Shown here piece by piece: positions 49,572-59,260 of a stretch of DNA of 64,000 nucleotides (the stretch's first letter is position 1; each line of letters begins with the position of its first letter). Source of the DNA: Vampirovibrionaceae bacterium NZW_1234 (lineage in GTDB: Bacteria > Cyanobacteriota > Vampirovibrionia > Vampirovibrionales > JAGQHJ01). The position numbers and the translations under genes are program-made. The stretch is taken from positions 160,001-224,000 of the forward strand of contig JBGUGD010000039.1 of the NCBI GenBank assembly GCA_041697335.1, given 5' to 3'. Below the pieces are notes generated by a model that saw nothing but the letters and a program-made list of their open reading frames with translations, was not told the origin of the DNA and searched no databases.

Positions 49572-50294
49572 TTACAATACAGAGGCGACAGGACGTGGCC
49601 ATGAATAAGATTTGGGTAACGGCCACGGAAGGGTCAAGGCCTCCATCAGTCCAGGCAGATCTGTTGACTGAAACGGCTGTGATGCTTCAGGACTTGTCCA
49701 AATCGGTATGGTCTCCGGCACAAATGGCCGCAATGTCGGGATTATCGTACGAACGGCCTCATCAGCAGAAGCCAAATCGGCCGGATAAAAGTTGAGCACA
49801 ATACCGATAACAGGAATGTTTCGCTTCTGAAGGGCTTCTAACGAAAGAAGGGTTTGGTTAATGGATCCAAGACGACAATGACTGACCAGAATCACCGGGG
49901 CCTCTAGCATCCGGATCACATCGATCATCAGGGTCGATGGGGTGACAGGGACCATCAGCCCTCCCGCCCCTTCAATTAAAACCAAATCGGATTGGGCTTC
50001 GTACTGGGCGACATCCTCTCGAATCCGATCCAGCTGAATGATGCCAGTGGGATCAGCAACCAATGGCGCCACCGGCGGCTCAAAACAGTAGCGACATTCG
50101 GTAACAAGCTTGGGGTTCTGCAACACGCAAGCCACAAAGCTTGGATCCTCGGGAGGCTGCCCCGCGGGTGTCCCTGTCTGAACAGGTTTATAGTAAATCA
50201 CCGACTGGCCTGCCGAAAGGGCACGCTGAGCCAGCAACATACTGACCCAGGTTTTGCCAATCCCCGTATCGGTTCCTGTAACAAAGACTTTCAT
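49572..50294 (-). CDS. bioD: dethiobiotin synthase
   Basis: VTGTDTGIGKT, YKPVQTG, IEGAGGL, LGSINQT. Confidence 0.95.
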   Translation of the reverse strand: MKVFVTGTDTGIGKTWVSMLLAQRALSAGQSVIYYKPVQTGTPAGQPPEDPSFVACVLQNPKLVTECRYCFEPPVAPLVADPTGIIQLDRIREDVAQYEAQSDLVLIEGAGGLMVPVTPSTLMIDVIRMLEAPVILVSHCRLGSINQTLLSLEALQKRNIPVIGIVLNFYPADLASADEAVRTIIPTLRPFVPETIPIWTSPEASQPFQSTDLPGLMEALTLPWPLPKSYSWPRPVASVL

Positions 50295-50298
50295 GGGG

Positions 50299-51351
50299 CT
50301 AAACGGCTGCCGGTTCCTTGACCGTGAGCGGCCCCCGAGGCATCAGATCGGCTGAGGTAATAACCCCATACTGAGCACGGCTAAACCAGCGATACCCTTG
50401 GCGCAAGAAGCCCAGGGCCGGTCCGCACACGTTGTCGACCATGGTGGTTTCATCGGCCAACGTCATCACATGGGAGGCTTGTTGTCCGGACACTGTGGTT
50501 CCGGTAATGGTGACCTGGGTACTGACAGGTTTCTTGGCATTGCGTGTATCAACCACACCACCAACGGTCACCTGATCCCGGCGACAGATGCCTGCCAGTT
50601 CAAGAATAATATCGTCGGCATGTTCCATATTCACGAGTTCAAGAATGCCATTGCGTTTGTCGAGTTCCGCTTCAATCTCAGCATCGGTCATGGCCGCCAC
50701 TTTGTCGGCATCAAAACCAGGCAAATGCAGGAAATCCTCGCGAATCGTAGCGCGATACGCACTCCAGTTGGAAATCCCTACACCAAAACGAATATCCACA
50801 TGGTTGACCGTCACAAAAGATTGAGCTGCCACGGCGGCAATCGTGCTTAAAAAGCCAGGTGTAGCACCTGCGCCGGTAATATACAAGATCTGCTTATCCC
50901 GGCAGAGGCTATCCAGAGGCATCATGGCCTCAACCGCCGAAGTCCGCTTGAGTGCATCCACCATAACCCCACGAAAGCGGGTCTGGGTTGCAATCATTCT
51001 CAAGGTGTCGGCAAAAAAGTTCACGGGCAGGTTGGGCAACGCCACAAAGATGACATCGATTTCATCGCCATGGGTCGCTAACAAATCATAAATGGCATTT
51101 ATTGAGGGCACACTCTCGGTATGATCCCGCAGCCTGGCTAAGGATTGAACATTCTTATAGGAAATCCCGGCGATATCAAACAAATAGGCTTCTCTATCGA
51201 CAATAGCCACTGTTTTAAAGTCCTGATCCAACTCAGCACGTTGAACCATCCCTTTACCCAAACCACCAGCACCTAACACAGCAAGTCTCAAGGGTTGAAC
51301 CATGGCAAGACGCTCCTCATCACTCAATTGTTGCTTAATACGATAGCTCAC
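50299..51351 (-). CDS. bioU: BioU, single-turnover amine donor replacing BioA
   Basis: GAGGLG Rossmann fold, ALPNLP, VDALKRTSA, GATPG, FGVGI.NW..YRATIRED, MEHADD; adjacent to bioD. Confidence 0.85.
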   Translation of the reverse strand: MSYRIKQQLSDEERLAMVQPLRLAVLGAGGLGKGMVQRAELDQDFKTVAIVDREAYLFDIAGISYKNVQSLARLRDHTESVPSINAIYDLLATHGDEIDVIFVALPNLPVNFFADTLRMIATQTRFRGVMVDALKRTSAVEAMMPLDSLCRDKQILYITGAGATPGFLSTIAAVAAQSFVTVNHVDIRFGVGISNWSAYRATIREDFLHLPGFDADKVAAMTDAEIEAELDKRNGILELVNMEHADDIILELAGICRRDQVTVGGVVDTRNAKKPVSTQVTITGTTVSGQQASHVMTLADETTMVDNVCGPALGFLRQGYRWFSRAQYGVITSADLMPRGPLTVKEPAAV

Positions 51352-51414
51352 GACATCCTGGCAAGCCGGGAAATGTTAGCGGAGTCCTTATGGTAGCCAA
51401 AACCCAATCAAGAT

Positions 51415-51912
51415 TCAACGAGGGGATAAAAGACTAATGGCTCCCTGCTCAAATGCACATGACAGCGCCAAGGCAAGACCATCGGCAGCATCATCGGGCC
51501 GTGGCAATTCGTCCATCTCCAGGAGCTGTTGGACCATCTGCTGTATTTCCTGCTTGGTCGCCTTACCATACCCGGTCATATTCAGCTTGACCTGCATCGG
51601 GGTATATTCCACGTAGCGCATACCCGCATCATGCAGGGCCATCAAGATAACCCCCCTGGCCTGTGTGACTGGGATAATGGTCTTGGCGTTGCGACAATAA
51701 AATATTTGCTCAATAGAAACCACATCGGGCTTTGCATCTTCCAGCAAACTGGTCAGTGCTTTATAAATACCACTTAAACGCTTGGCATCGGAATCGGCCT
51801 TGGAGGTTTGAATGACACCCCAGTCCAAGGCATGATAACGTTTATGGGTATTGTGCGTGATAAGCCCAAACCCAATCCGCTCTAAGCCAGGATCAATGCC
51901 AAGAATCTTCAT
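51415..51912 (-). CDS. ruvC: Holliday junction resolvase
   Basis: ILGIDPG, EYTPMQVK..TGYGKA.K, PDDAADGLA. Confidence 0.95.
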   Translation of the reverse strand: MKILGIDPGLERIGFGLITHNTHKRYHALDWGVIQTSKADSDAKRLSGIYKALTSLLEDAKPDVVSIEQIFYCRNAKTIIPVTQARGVILMALHDAGMRYVEYTPMQVKLNMTGYGKATKQEIQQMVQQLLEMDELPRPDDAADGLALALSCAFEQGAISLLSPR

Positions 51913-51940
51913 ACCCTCTATTAAACAGCGGCTCGTTGAA

Positions 51941-53362
51941 ATGGGCAATTGGCGTGTCTTGCTCAGCAGCCTGTTACTTGGCCTCAGCTTGCCAGGGATT
52001 GGATTTTGGCCCTTGGCATGGTTGGGAATGGTTCCGGCGTTACTTGCCCTGAGCCACTGCCAATCTTCCTGGAAAGCCTGGCAACAAGGCTTCGTATGGG
52101 GTAGCCTCTACCATGCCATTGTGTTTGGGTGGTTTTGGAGCTTACATCCTTTAACCTGGATGCACATGGCCCCATGGGCCAGTCTCGCCATTACGGCTCT
52201 GGGATGGCTCATCTGTTTTACCCTTCAGGGCCTTATTGTCAGTGTCATTTGGGTAAGTCTCTATCATCTGATCAGGCGTTTTCCGCACTGGAATCTGCCA
52301 TTCACCCTTCCTGTACTATGGAGCCTGGGCTTATGGTTTCTAAACCAACACCCTATTGGGCTGCCTTGGGGATTTTTGGCGTATTCCCAGGTAGATATCC
52401 CTCTCATCCGAAAAAGCACCTATAGCCTTACGTTTTTTGGACTGGAAGGCTTAATTTTGGCCTGCAATGGGCTAATCTGGCTCTGGATTCAGCGTCGAGA
52501 CGTCAGGCCCCTGGCGCTTGCAATGGGCTGTTTGGGACTCAGCCTTGTCTGTGGCTGGCGCTACCCGTCTCCCTTAAGCAACACGCTCAACCAGACACCT
52601 GCCCTTGCCATTCAGGGAAATATTCCACTGGAAATTGAACGCCAAGAAATGACCCCGGAACAACGAGAGGCCCACTATGGCTCGCTTATAAAAACAGCAT
52701 TGTATCAATTCCCAACGTCACCCCACGTCGTCATCCTACCGGAAGGAATTATTGCTTTGCACCCCGAACAATGGACACTCCCTCGCAGATTTCCTCAAAA
52801 TATCCCGATTTTGAGTGGGGGTACTTTTTATGATCACGCAGAAAGCCAGCCTGCAGCCTTTAATGGGGCTCTTCTCTTCCAACCCGGGGAAATGACCCAG
52901 AGATTTTCGAAGCGGTACTTAGTGCCTTTTGGGGAAACGACGGCATTTCTCCCGAAACTCATTACTGAAGAATGGCTACCCAAGGCAGGCCTAAACCTCG
53001 GCCTTAGCTTTTCCCCAGGCCAGGGAAGTCAACCGCTGTTTTTCCTGGGCAACAAAAAAATAGGGCCCTTGATTTGTTTTGAAGCCCTCTATCCCAACTT
53101 AGCCTGGCGTTATCGCAACCAAAAAGCGGACATGCTGGTAACGTTCAGCAACCTCAGCTGGTATCACCAGAACCCTCTGCTCGAAAAGCAATTCTTAGCC
53201 TTTAATCAGTTTCGAGCTTCCGAAGCAGGTATTCCCCTTATCTTAGCCACAAACACCGGCATATCTGCCTTCATTTCGGAAAGAGGCTATATTCTAACGC
53301 AGTCACATTCTGGGAAAACAGAAGCGTTAACGGCAGAAACAGTGTTGAATCTCGAAGAGTAA
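51941..53362 (+). CDS. lnt: apolipoprotein N-acyltransferase
   Basis: TM N-terminus, IQGNI, LPEG, KRYLVPFGE, ICFEA, RASE, TNTGIS; start uncertain. Confidence 0.93.
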   Translation: MGNWRVLLSSLLLGLSLPGIGFWPLAWLGMVPALLALSHCQSSWKAWQQGFVWGSLYHAIVFGWFWSLHPLTWMHMAPWASLAITALGWLICFTLQGLIVSVIWVSLYHLIRRFPHWNLPFTLPVLWSLGLWFLNQHPIGLPWGFLAYSQVDIPLIRKSTYSLTFFGLEGLILACNGLIWLWIQRRDVRPLALAMGCLGLSLVCGWRYPSPLSNTLNQTPALAIQGNIPLEIERQEMTPEQREAHYGSLIKTALYQFPTSPHVVILPEGIIALHPEQWTLPRRFPQNIPILSGGTFYDHAESQPAAFNGALLFQPGEMTQRFSKRYLVPFGETTAFLPKLITEEWLPKAGLNLGLSFSPGQGSQPLFFLGNKKIGPLICFEALYPNLAWRYRNQKADMLVTFSNLSWYHQNPLLEKQFLAFNQFRASEAGIPLILATNTGISAFISERGYILTQSHSGKTEALTAETVLNLEE

Positions 53363-53434
53363 GTTTTCCATTGCTCCCAGAATATAGAGCTTACACTAAG
53401 ACGCTGACCCCAAAAATCCAAAACACGGCAAGAT

Positions 53435-53461
53435 TAAACTTTTGCCGGAAATGGTCGATAT
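53435..53461 (+). promoter_or_regulatory. sigma28-like promoter
   Basis: TAAACTTT-N11-GTCGATAT. Confidence 0.75.
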
Positions 53462-53490
53462 GAAGGTAAGAGAATAAAAATGGCCCCCGG

Positions 53491-54738
53491 ATGGTTCTAA
53501 AACAGGCTATGATACCAGCGCACGAATCGTACAAGCTCTTAGGGTTATCGTTCTATAAGCAGGCCACCAATCCCGCGTTCAATGAATTTGAACAGCTGTT
53601 TATGTATAGCCTGAATCAAGTCTTGCAGTGGCGCACGGATATTCAATTCGTAGACCAAAGTCATGTCCCCAACCTGATGATTCTGGATGATGGCATACCT
53701 GTTGAGAGTCAGATCCGAACCTTACACGACCTGAGCCATCGATTCGATTGCAATTATGTTCTCTACGGCAGTATGGATCTCGATGTCGGCCCTGCCAATT
53801 ACCTGGATAATGTTATCCTGGATATTCGCCTTTACAATTGCACCACACAAAGGCATCTCTTCCAACTGCGGTACGAGTTTAACCATTTTGAGACAAAACC
53901 AGCCAAGGCCCTTAACTTTGGCCCCTCCCTCGACGGGTTGAATGAACTGGTCCAGTGGCTGTCATTTCATTTGGTAGGAGCCCTTCAACCACAACGCGCC
54001 CTATACTTGTGGGACAGCCTCAAACAGACCGAACTGGTCCAATCTTTATCACACCTGCAGCATCTGACCCAAATCCATTACTACAACGGACCTGATGCAC
54101 TATCTCATCGTTTCTCCACCTTAATGAACCTGATTCATCAGGAACCTTCACTCTTCCTGGCGCATCATGACATAGGTCTTATCCAGAAAAAAATGAAAAA
54201 CTATGCTCAGGCAACCAAGTCACTGGAAACCGCGTATCAATTGCTTCCGCCCGAAACACCGCATCACCAAAAAGCCCTGCTTGCTACCGAAATAGGAATC
54301 TGTAGTGCTCTAGCCATGGAGATAGACACGGCAAAGTTGTGGTGGAAAAAAGCCATTGAAAATGATTCCGGTTTTATTAACCCGTATATGAACCTTGCTC
54401 ACTGCTATGAAGAAGAAGGTTCCATGCCGGAAGCAGAATACTATTTTATTCAGGCCGGAAAAGTAGCTCCGGATGATTTTCGGATCTGTTTTAACCTGGC
54501 CCGGCTTTACTCAAAACAGGAGCAATGGGATAAAGCCATTCAGCAGTATGAAGCACAACTTCTCTATGAACCCGATAACGCTTGGGTTTACAGCAATTTA
54601 GCGAACTGCTACTTGCAGCAAGGCAGTATTTCTGACGCAAAACAGTATCTGGAAAAGACGTTGGAGCTAGACCCCAACGGTGAAGCAGGCCGATGTGCCA
54701 ATCTCATCCTGTCCAGTTTACAAGCGGCTGAAGTATAA
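53491..54738 (+). CDS. TPR-repeat protein
   Basis: Multiple C-terminal TPRs (YMNLA..Y, FNLA.LY, YSNLA..Y, LELDPN). Confidence 0.88.
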   Translation: MVLKQAMIPAHESYKLLGLSFYKQATNPAFNEFEQLFMYSLNQVLQWRTDIQFVDQSHVPNLMILDDGIPVESQIRTLHDLSHRFDCNYVLYGSMDLDVGPANYLDNVILDIRLYNCTTQRHLFQLRYEFNHFETKPAKALNFGPSLDGLNELVQWLSFHLVGALQPQRALYLWDSLKQTELVQSLSHLQHLTQIHYYNGPDALSHRFSTLMNLIHQEPSLFLAHHDIGLIQKKMKNYAQATKSLETAYQLLPPETPHHQKALLATEIGICSALAMEIDTAKLWWKKAIENDSGFINPYMNLAHCYEEEGSMPEAEYYFIQAGKVAPDDFRICFNLARLYSKQEQWDKAIQQYEAQLLYEPDNAWVYSNLANCYLQQGSISDAKQYLEKTLELDPNGEAGRCANLILSSLQAAEV

Positions 54739-55033
54739 ACCGTATTCCTGACGAACATTGCCAACATCTGAATAGGCATCAGCCTGTTTCATCACGGATT
54801 GTTAATGAAGAATCAACAAAAAACATGACAGCCGTAGCCGGTTTGGTTTTACATGAAGGTGCATTCTCATGGCCTGACGCTGTTTCATGGAGGGAAAAGG
54901 CACTCAGGCGATTGAATTCCCTGTATGTTACGAATTGTGACAATTTAACACACAGGTAGCACAATCAAAACTTGAGGGAGCTTAATTAATCAGTAAAACA
55001 CCATCATCCTACAACACTTGGGAGAATCGCATT

Positions 55034-55819
55034 ATGTCTGCACCTGTCAGTCCTAAATTCGGCTACGGCTATAGCTCCGGCTATACCTCCAGCTACCCAT
55101 CGACGGGGTATGGGTATCCACAACAGTCGTACGACCCTTACGCCGGTCAATATGCTTACTACGCTCAGCAGCAAGCCGACCCATATGCCGCTTGGCGCCA
55201 GTATTACCAGCAAGCGGCAATGCCTGCCAACACCATGTACCCCAGCGGTGACATGACTTCGTTCCAGGCACCACCTGCACCACAACCAGAACCTCCGACC
55301 AGCAAACAGCCTAGCCTGCAGGACTTACTGGGACCCAATGGCTTAGCAGAACTGCAAGCCGCTTCCCAGCGTCCTGAAATGTCTCCGCCAGCCCCAGCAG
55401 AAGCGCCGGCGAAAAAATCCGGCGGCATCTTCGGTTGGATTAAAACCATTGGTGCAATCGGCCTCGGCGTTCTGGGTCTCTGGAAGCTGAAAGACTGGAT
55501 TTTCAAAAACAATGAAGAAACCCAGCAAGATTTAAAAACCTCCGGTCGCAAAACAAAAGACGGGCAATCCGACACCATTGCACTGTATAATAGTGCCGAT
55601 GACAAGGAACCGGTTAAATACGCTGTTGTTGGCGACGCGAAAGAAGACGGGTACGTTATGATCAACCCCGAAGATACCATCGAAGCTTCTGAAGAAGAGG
55701 CTGATGGTGCTGAGGAAACCGAAGGCGACGGCGAAGTCGAAAATGAGACCGAAAACGCTGAAGGTTCGGATAAAGCCTCTGGCAAACGCACCAGCAAACG
55801 TCCCAGTAGCGAGGAATAA
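55034..55819 (+). CDS. hypothetical protein: PKFG leader, Tyr/Gln/Pro-rich region, one TM, acidic tail
   Basis: GGAG RBS; GAIGLGVLGLW hydrophobic segment. Confidence 0.75.
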   Translation: MSAPVSPKFGYGYSSGYTSSYPSTGYGYPQQSYDPYAGQYAYYAQQQADPYAAWRQYYQQAAMPANTMYPSGDMTSFQAPPAPQPEPPTSKQPSLQDLLGPNGLAELQAASQRPEMSPPAPAEAPAKKSGGIFGWIKTIGAIGLGVLGLWKLKDWIFKNNEETQQDLKTSGRKTKDGQSDTIALYNSADDKEPVKYAVVGDAKEDGYVMINPEDTIEASEEEADGAEETEGDGEVENETENAEGSDKASGKRTSKRPSSEE

Positions 55820-55830
55820 ACGCTCTCCAA

Positions 55831-56799
55831 ATGACACTGATGTCAGAAAAACAAAATAATGCGATTCATCCCCAGGCCCTCCAGCCTGGGGATACCCTTG
55901 CGATTATCTCACCGGCAGGCCCCAGCGATGCCGATGCCATAGAGAAAGGGATTGCCTACATTGAAACCGTGGGCCTTCGCCCCAAGCTTATGCCCCATGG
56001 TACCAAGCGTCGTTTTTATTTAGCCGGCAGTGACCAGGAACGCCTGGAGGATTTTCATGCTGCCTTTGAAGACCCAGAAGTGAAAGGCATTTTGGCCGCC
56101 CGAGGCGGGTATGGATGTATGCGCTTCTTACCTCAAATCGATTGGCAACGCGTCCAGGCCAACCCGAAAATATTTGTCGGCTTTAGTGATCTAACCAGCA
56201 TTCTTTTACCCATGTATCAACGCGCAGGGCTTATCTGCTTTCATGGCCCCATGCTCACCTCCAACCTCATTGAAGGCGACGGCTATAGCCAGACTGAGCT
56301 TTGGAAACAAGTCATGGGCCAGGTAAATTACCCCTATACAATTCCGAACCGCTCAACTTATCAGTGTCTTAAACCCGGACAGGCAGAAGGCATTCTTTTG
56401 GGCGGAAACTTAAGCTTACTAACGGCACTGTGCGGCACACCCTACCAGCCAGATACCCGAGGCGCCATTCTTTTTATTGAGGATTGGCACGAAAAGTTTT
56501 ATACCATCGACCGCAAACTCACCCAACTCAAGCTTGCAGGGATGTTTGATAACATTGCCGGACTTCTGTTTGGGGACTTCGATGCCATGGAAGACCAGTG
56601 GGAAAACTATGCTATTGAGGCGCTTTTACAGGAGCTGATGGCTCCGTTTGAGATTCCGATTGGGTTTGGCTTTTCACTAGGTCACGGAGATCAGACAGCG
56701 ACCCTTCCCATAGGGGCTTTTGCGAGGTTCGAAGCAGCATCCGGCCGTCTTGAAATTGTATCCTCACCCCTCGGCTCGGGCGCTCATTCTCAGGAATAA
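55831..56799 (+). CDS. LD-carboxypeptidase (peptidase S66)
   Basis: RGGYG, GFSDLT, HGPM, GGNLS, FIED, GH. Confidence 0.93.
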   Translation: MTLMSEKQNNAIHPQALQPGDTLAIISPAGPSDADAIEKGIAYIETVGLRPKLMPHGTKRRFYLAGSDQERLEDFHAAFEDPEVKGILAARGGYGCMRFLPQIDWQRVQANPKIFVGFSDLTSILLPMYQRAGLICFHGPMLTSNLIEGDGYSQTELWKQVMGQVNYPYTIPNRSTYQCLKPGQAEGILLGGNLSLLTALCGTPYQPDTRGAILFIEDWHEKFYTIDRKLTQLKLAGMFDNIAGLLFGDFDAMEDQWENYAIEALLQELMAPFEIPIGFGFSLGHGDQTATLPIGAFARFEAASGRLEIVSSPLGSGAHSQE

Positions 56800-58318
56800 G
56801 CCAGACCAGTTGACCATGTGCTGGGAAATCTGTCTTTTGAGTTCCCACCCACTCCGCGCGATTTAAATTCACAACCTGAATGCCAGCGGGCGCTTCGGAT
56901 AAAACATACGCCACGTGATCCCGGGTATCGACAACTAAGTGGCTGGGTTTTGAGCCCCTCTGTAAAGGAATGGAAGGTCCCCACTGATAGGTCTTCAAGT
57001 CCAGTCGACGCAATAATGCCGAAGGTTCATCCAGTAAATAAAGCCACTCGTAGTCAGCATCCATGGCCTTAGGAGAAGAGGGCAGGTCAATGGGGGAAGT
57101 ATATTCCTGCCAACGCAAGTCAAACCCAATTAACTTTGATTGGGTGGCACTGACCAGCCACAACACCTTCTCATCTTGAACAAACATCAAGGACACATCG
57201 GGCATGGCCGGAATCTGCTGCTCCATGGTCCTGGAGTTCAGATTCACCAACTGAATCGTAGGACGATAAATCACCTTGCTTTTGAGGTCAGGGTTTCGAA
57301 CACGCAGAAACGACGATTTTGGAGGCGCTTTAGTCTCACTTTCAGCTTGTCTGTCCTCGTCTGTTCTGACAGACGTGGCATAGAGCTGATGGCGAAAATT
57401 GGAAATCGCCAGAACTGAAGCCGGGCGAGCCAATTCTACGGGATCTTCAAGACGTTGGGAAGAATAGTTAAATACGGAAAGACGATTTACGGTCGAATGA
57501 CTCAGAAATACTCGGTGATTGGCTTCATCAACAGCCATATCCGACACGGATTGAGGTAATGTCAATCGCAACGGTTCACTGGCAGGAGCCTGGCGGTCAA
57601 ATACATAAAGCGTCGGTTCATTTTGACATCCTGCAAACAGCCATCGAGCATCATGAGAGGTTTTTAAGCGGGCCCGATCGCACGCAATGGCTTTGGCATC
57701 AACATACTGATTCTTGGCCGTATCCCAGGCCACCCAGCGCGCCGCCTTGTCCTGGCCTTGTGAGGCAGATGGCGCTATAAAGGCGAGGGGAAATGATTTT
57801 TTGGCTTTCGCTTCATCGTCAGAAGAAACTAACAGATCTCCGGTTAAAGACTTCCACATGGTGGGAAGCAGAAACCCGGGAGGAAAGTTAAACCCTTGAG
57901 GCAGCAATCCGGAGCGAAGGTGCAGAGGTAAATCCGAAACCACCGGGAAGGATTGACGCCCATTGGGCAATGTAACAAGCTTCAATAAGAAATGGCCATC
58001 ACTGAATTCGATAATATCGGGAACAGCCGCGCCTTGAGGATATTGACGCAACACTCGAACCGGGCCATCCTCATCCGGCTCCAGAGGATTCACAATCACA
58101 TAGTCTGCCCCGTTTGAAAAAGTGACCAGTGCATCTTCTCGAAACCGATAGCCTTTATCCAAAGAGGCAAAGACGGGCCTTAACGATTCGAAGGATACAT
58201 TCGAAGCCGAGTGATCAGCCCTTGCAGGGCGTTCAGCTACAGGAAACATCAAAGCCAGCAATAGCATCCAGGGTAAGAGTCTTGTCAGCCTCTGACCATA
58301 GCACCTCGTATGTTTCAC
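56612..58318 (-). CDS. exported beta-propeller (YncE-like) protein
   Basis: Signal peptide ending PARA; repeated blade-like units. Confidence 0.7.
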   Translation of the reverse strand: MKHTRCYGQRLTRLLPWMLLLALMFPVAERPARADHSASNVSFESLRPVFASLDKGYRFREDALVTFSNGADYVIVNPLEPDEDGPVRVLRQYPQGAAVPDIIEFSDGHFLLKLVTLPNGRQSFPVVSDLPLHLRSGLLPQGFNFPPGFLLPTMWKSLTGDLLVSSDDEAKAKKSFPLAFIAPSASQGQDKAARWVAWDTAKNQYVDAKAIACDRARLKTSHDARWLFAGCQNEPTLYVFDRQAPASEPLRLTLPQSVSDMAVDEANHRVFLSHSTVNRLSVFNYSSQRLEDPVELARPASVLAISNFRHQLYATSVRTDEDRQAESETKAPPKSSFLRVRNPDLKSKVIYRPTIQLVNLNSRTMEQQIPAMPDVSLMFVQDEKVLWLVSATQSKLIGFDLRWQEYTSPIDLPSSPKAMDADYEWLYLLDEPSALLRRLDLKTYQWGPSIPLQRGSKPSHLVVDTRDHVAYVLSEAPAGIQVVNLNRAEWVGTQKTDFPAHGQLVWLIPENERPSRGVRIQFQDGRMLLRTSQKPLWEGSLSDLRDLVKSQTQSESQTEPSAPVKAPQ

Positions 58319-58359
58319 AATTCTGGCTCCTTACTTTCTCGTTGCGTTTGGCAAAGGGA

Positions 58360-59226
58360 CTAATGGACCATGGCACCGGACGTTGCCAGCGGGAAAACAC
58401 CCGCAAATACATAGGTGGCAGCCCCGGTCATTTTAATATGATCTTTCCCGTTCCATTGAATGAGCAATTCACCCCCTGGAAGTTGGACGGTTACCTCGTG
58501 ATCCGTCAGGCCTTTTAAAATTGAAGCCACCACGACAGCACAAGCACCTGTTCCACACGCTAATGTTGGCCCAGCCCCACGCTCCCATACTTCCACTGAT
58601 ACGGTAGAGCGATCCAGGACGGTCACAAATTCAACATTGGTCTTGGCCGGAAAAAGCTCGTGAGTCTCGATTAAAGGTCCCCAGACCTTGAAATCCAGGG
58701 GTTTTGGAGCTTCATGCTGAAAAATAATACAATGAGGATTTCCCATACCAATGGTGGCAATGGGAACCGTCAGTTCGGAAGAAACCACCAATGGAAAATT
58801 CAAGACAGGCATATCTGAAGAGCCCGTAAAAGGAACCTTCGTCGGGCTCAACACCGGATGTCCCATATCCACTGTGACCGTTGCATCTGGATTAAGATGT
58901 GGCAAAACCGGCCCGGCCAATGTTTCTACACGAAAGTCATGGCGTTTAATCAAGCCTTGATCTCGAACATAACGTGCAAAGCAGCGAATCCCATTGCCAC
59001 ACATTTCAGCCAGAGAACCGTCTCCGTTGTAAAACTTGAACTGAATGTCACAACCCGGATCATCGGGGGGCGCCACAATAATCAAACCATCGGCTCCAAT
59101 ACCAAAGTGTCGATCACACAAGGTCTTTGCCAAATCGGCATAGTCCATATCCGGAGCCAATTGGTCTTCTTCAACGAGCACAAAGTCGTTGCCCAAGCCG
59201 TGCATTTTTGTAAATGGAATGTCCAT
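58360..59226 (-). CDS. dapF: diaminopimelate epimerase
   Basis: KMHGLGNDF, EMCGNGIRC, GNPH, ERGAGPTLACGTG. Confidence 0.97.
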   Translation of the reverse strand: MDIPFTKMHGLGNDFVLVEEDQLAPDMDYADLAKTLCDRHFGIGADGLIIVAPPDDPGCDIQFKFYNGDGSLAEMCGNGIRCFARYVRDQGLIKRHDFRVETLAGPVLPHLNPDATVTVDMGHPVLSPTKVPFTGSSDMPVLNFPLVVSSELTVPIATIGMGNPHCIIFQHEAPKPLDFKVWGPLIETHELFPAKTNVEFVTVLDRSTVSVEVWERGAGPTLACGTGACAVVVASILKGLTDHEVTVQLPGGELLIQWNGKDHIKMTGAATYVFAGVFPLATSGAMVH

Positions 59227-59260
59227 AGGTTTATAATATAGCAGACAAATTTATCCTTCA

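Noticed and set aside
54850..54912. Glycine riboswitch (GAAGGTGCA...ACTCAGG)
   Set aside because: The upstream GGAGA element and P1 stem were not found, and the downstream gene is unrelated to glycine metabolism
54924..54955. CRP/FNR-like box (TGTGA-N6)
   Set aside because: The second half-site does not match; a single weak occurrence
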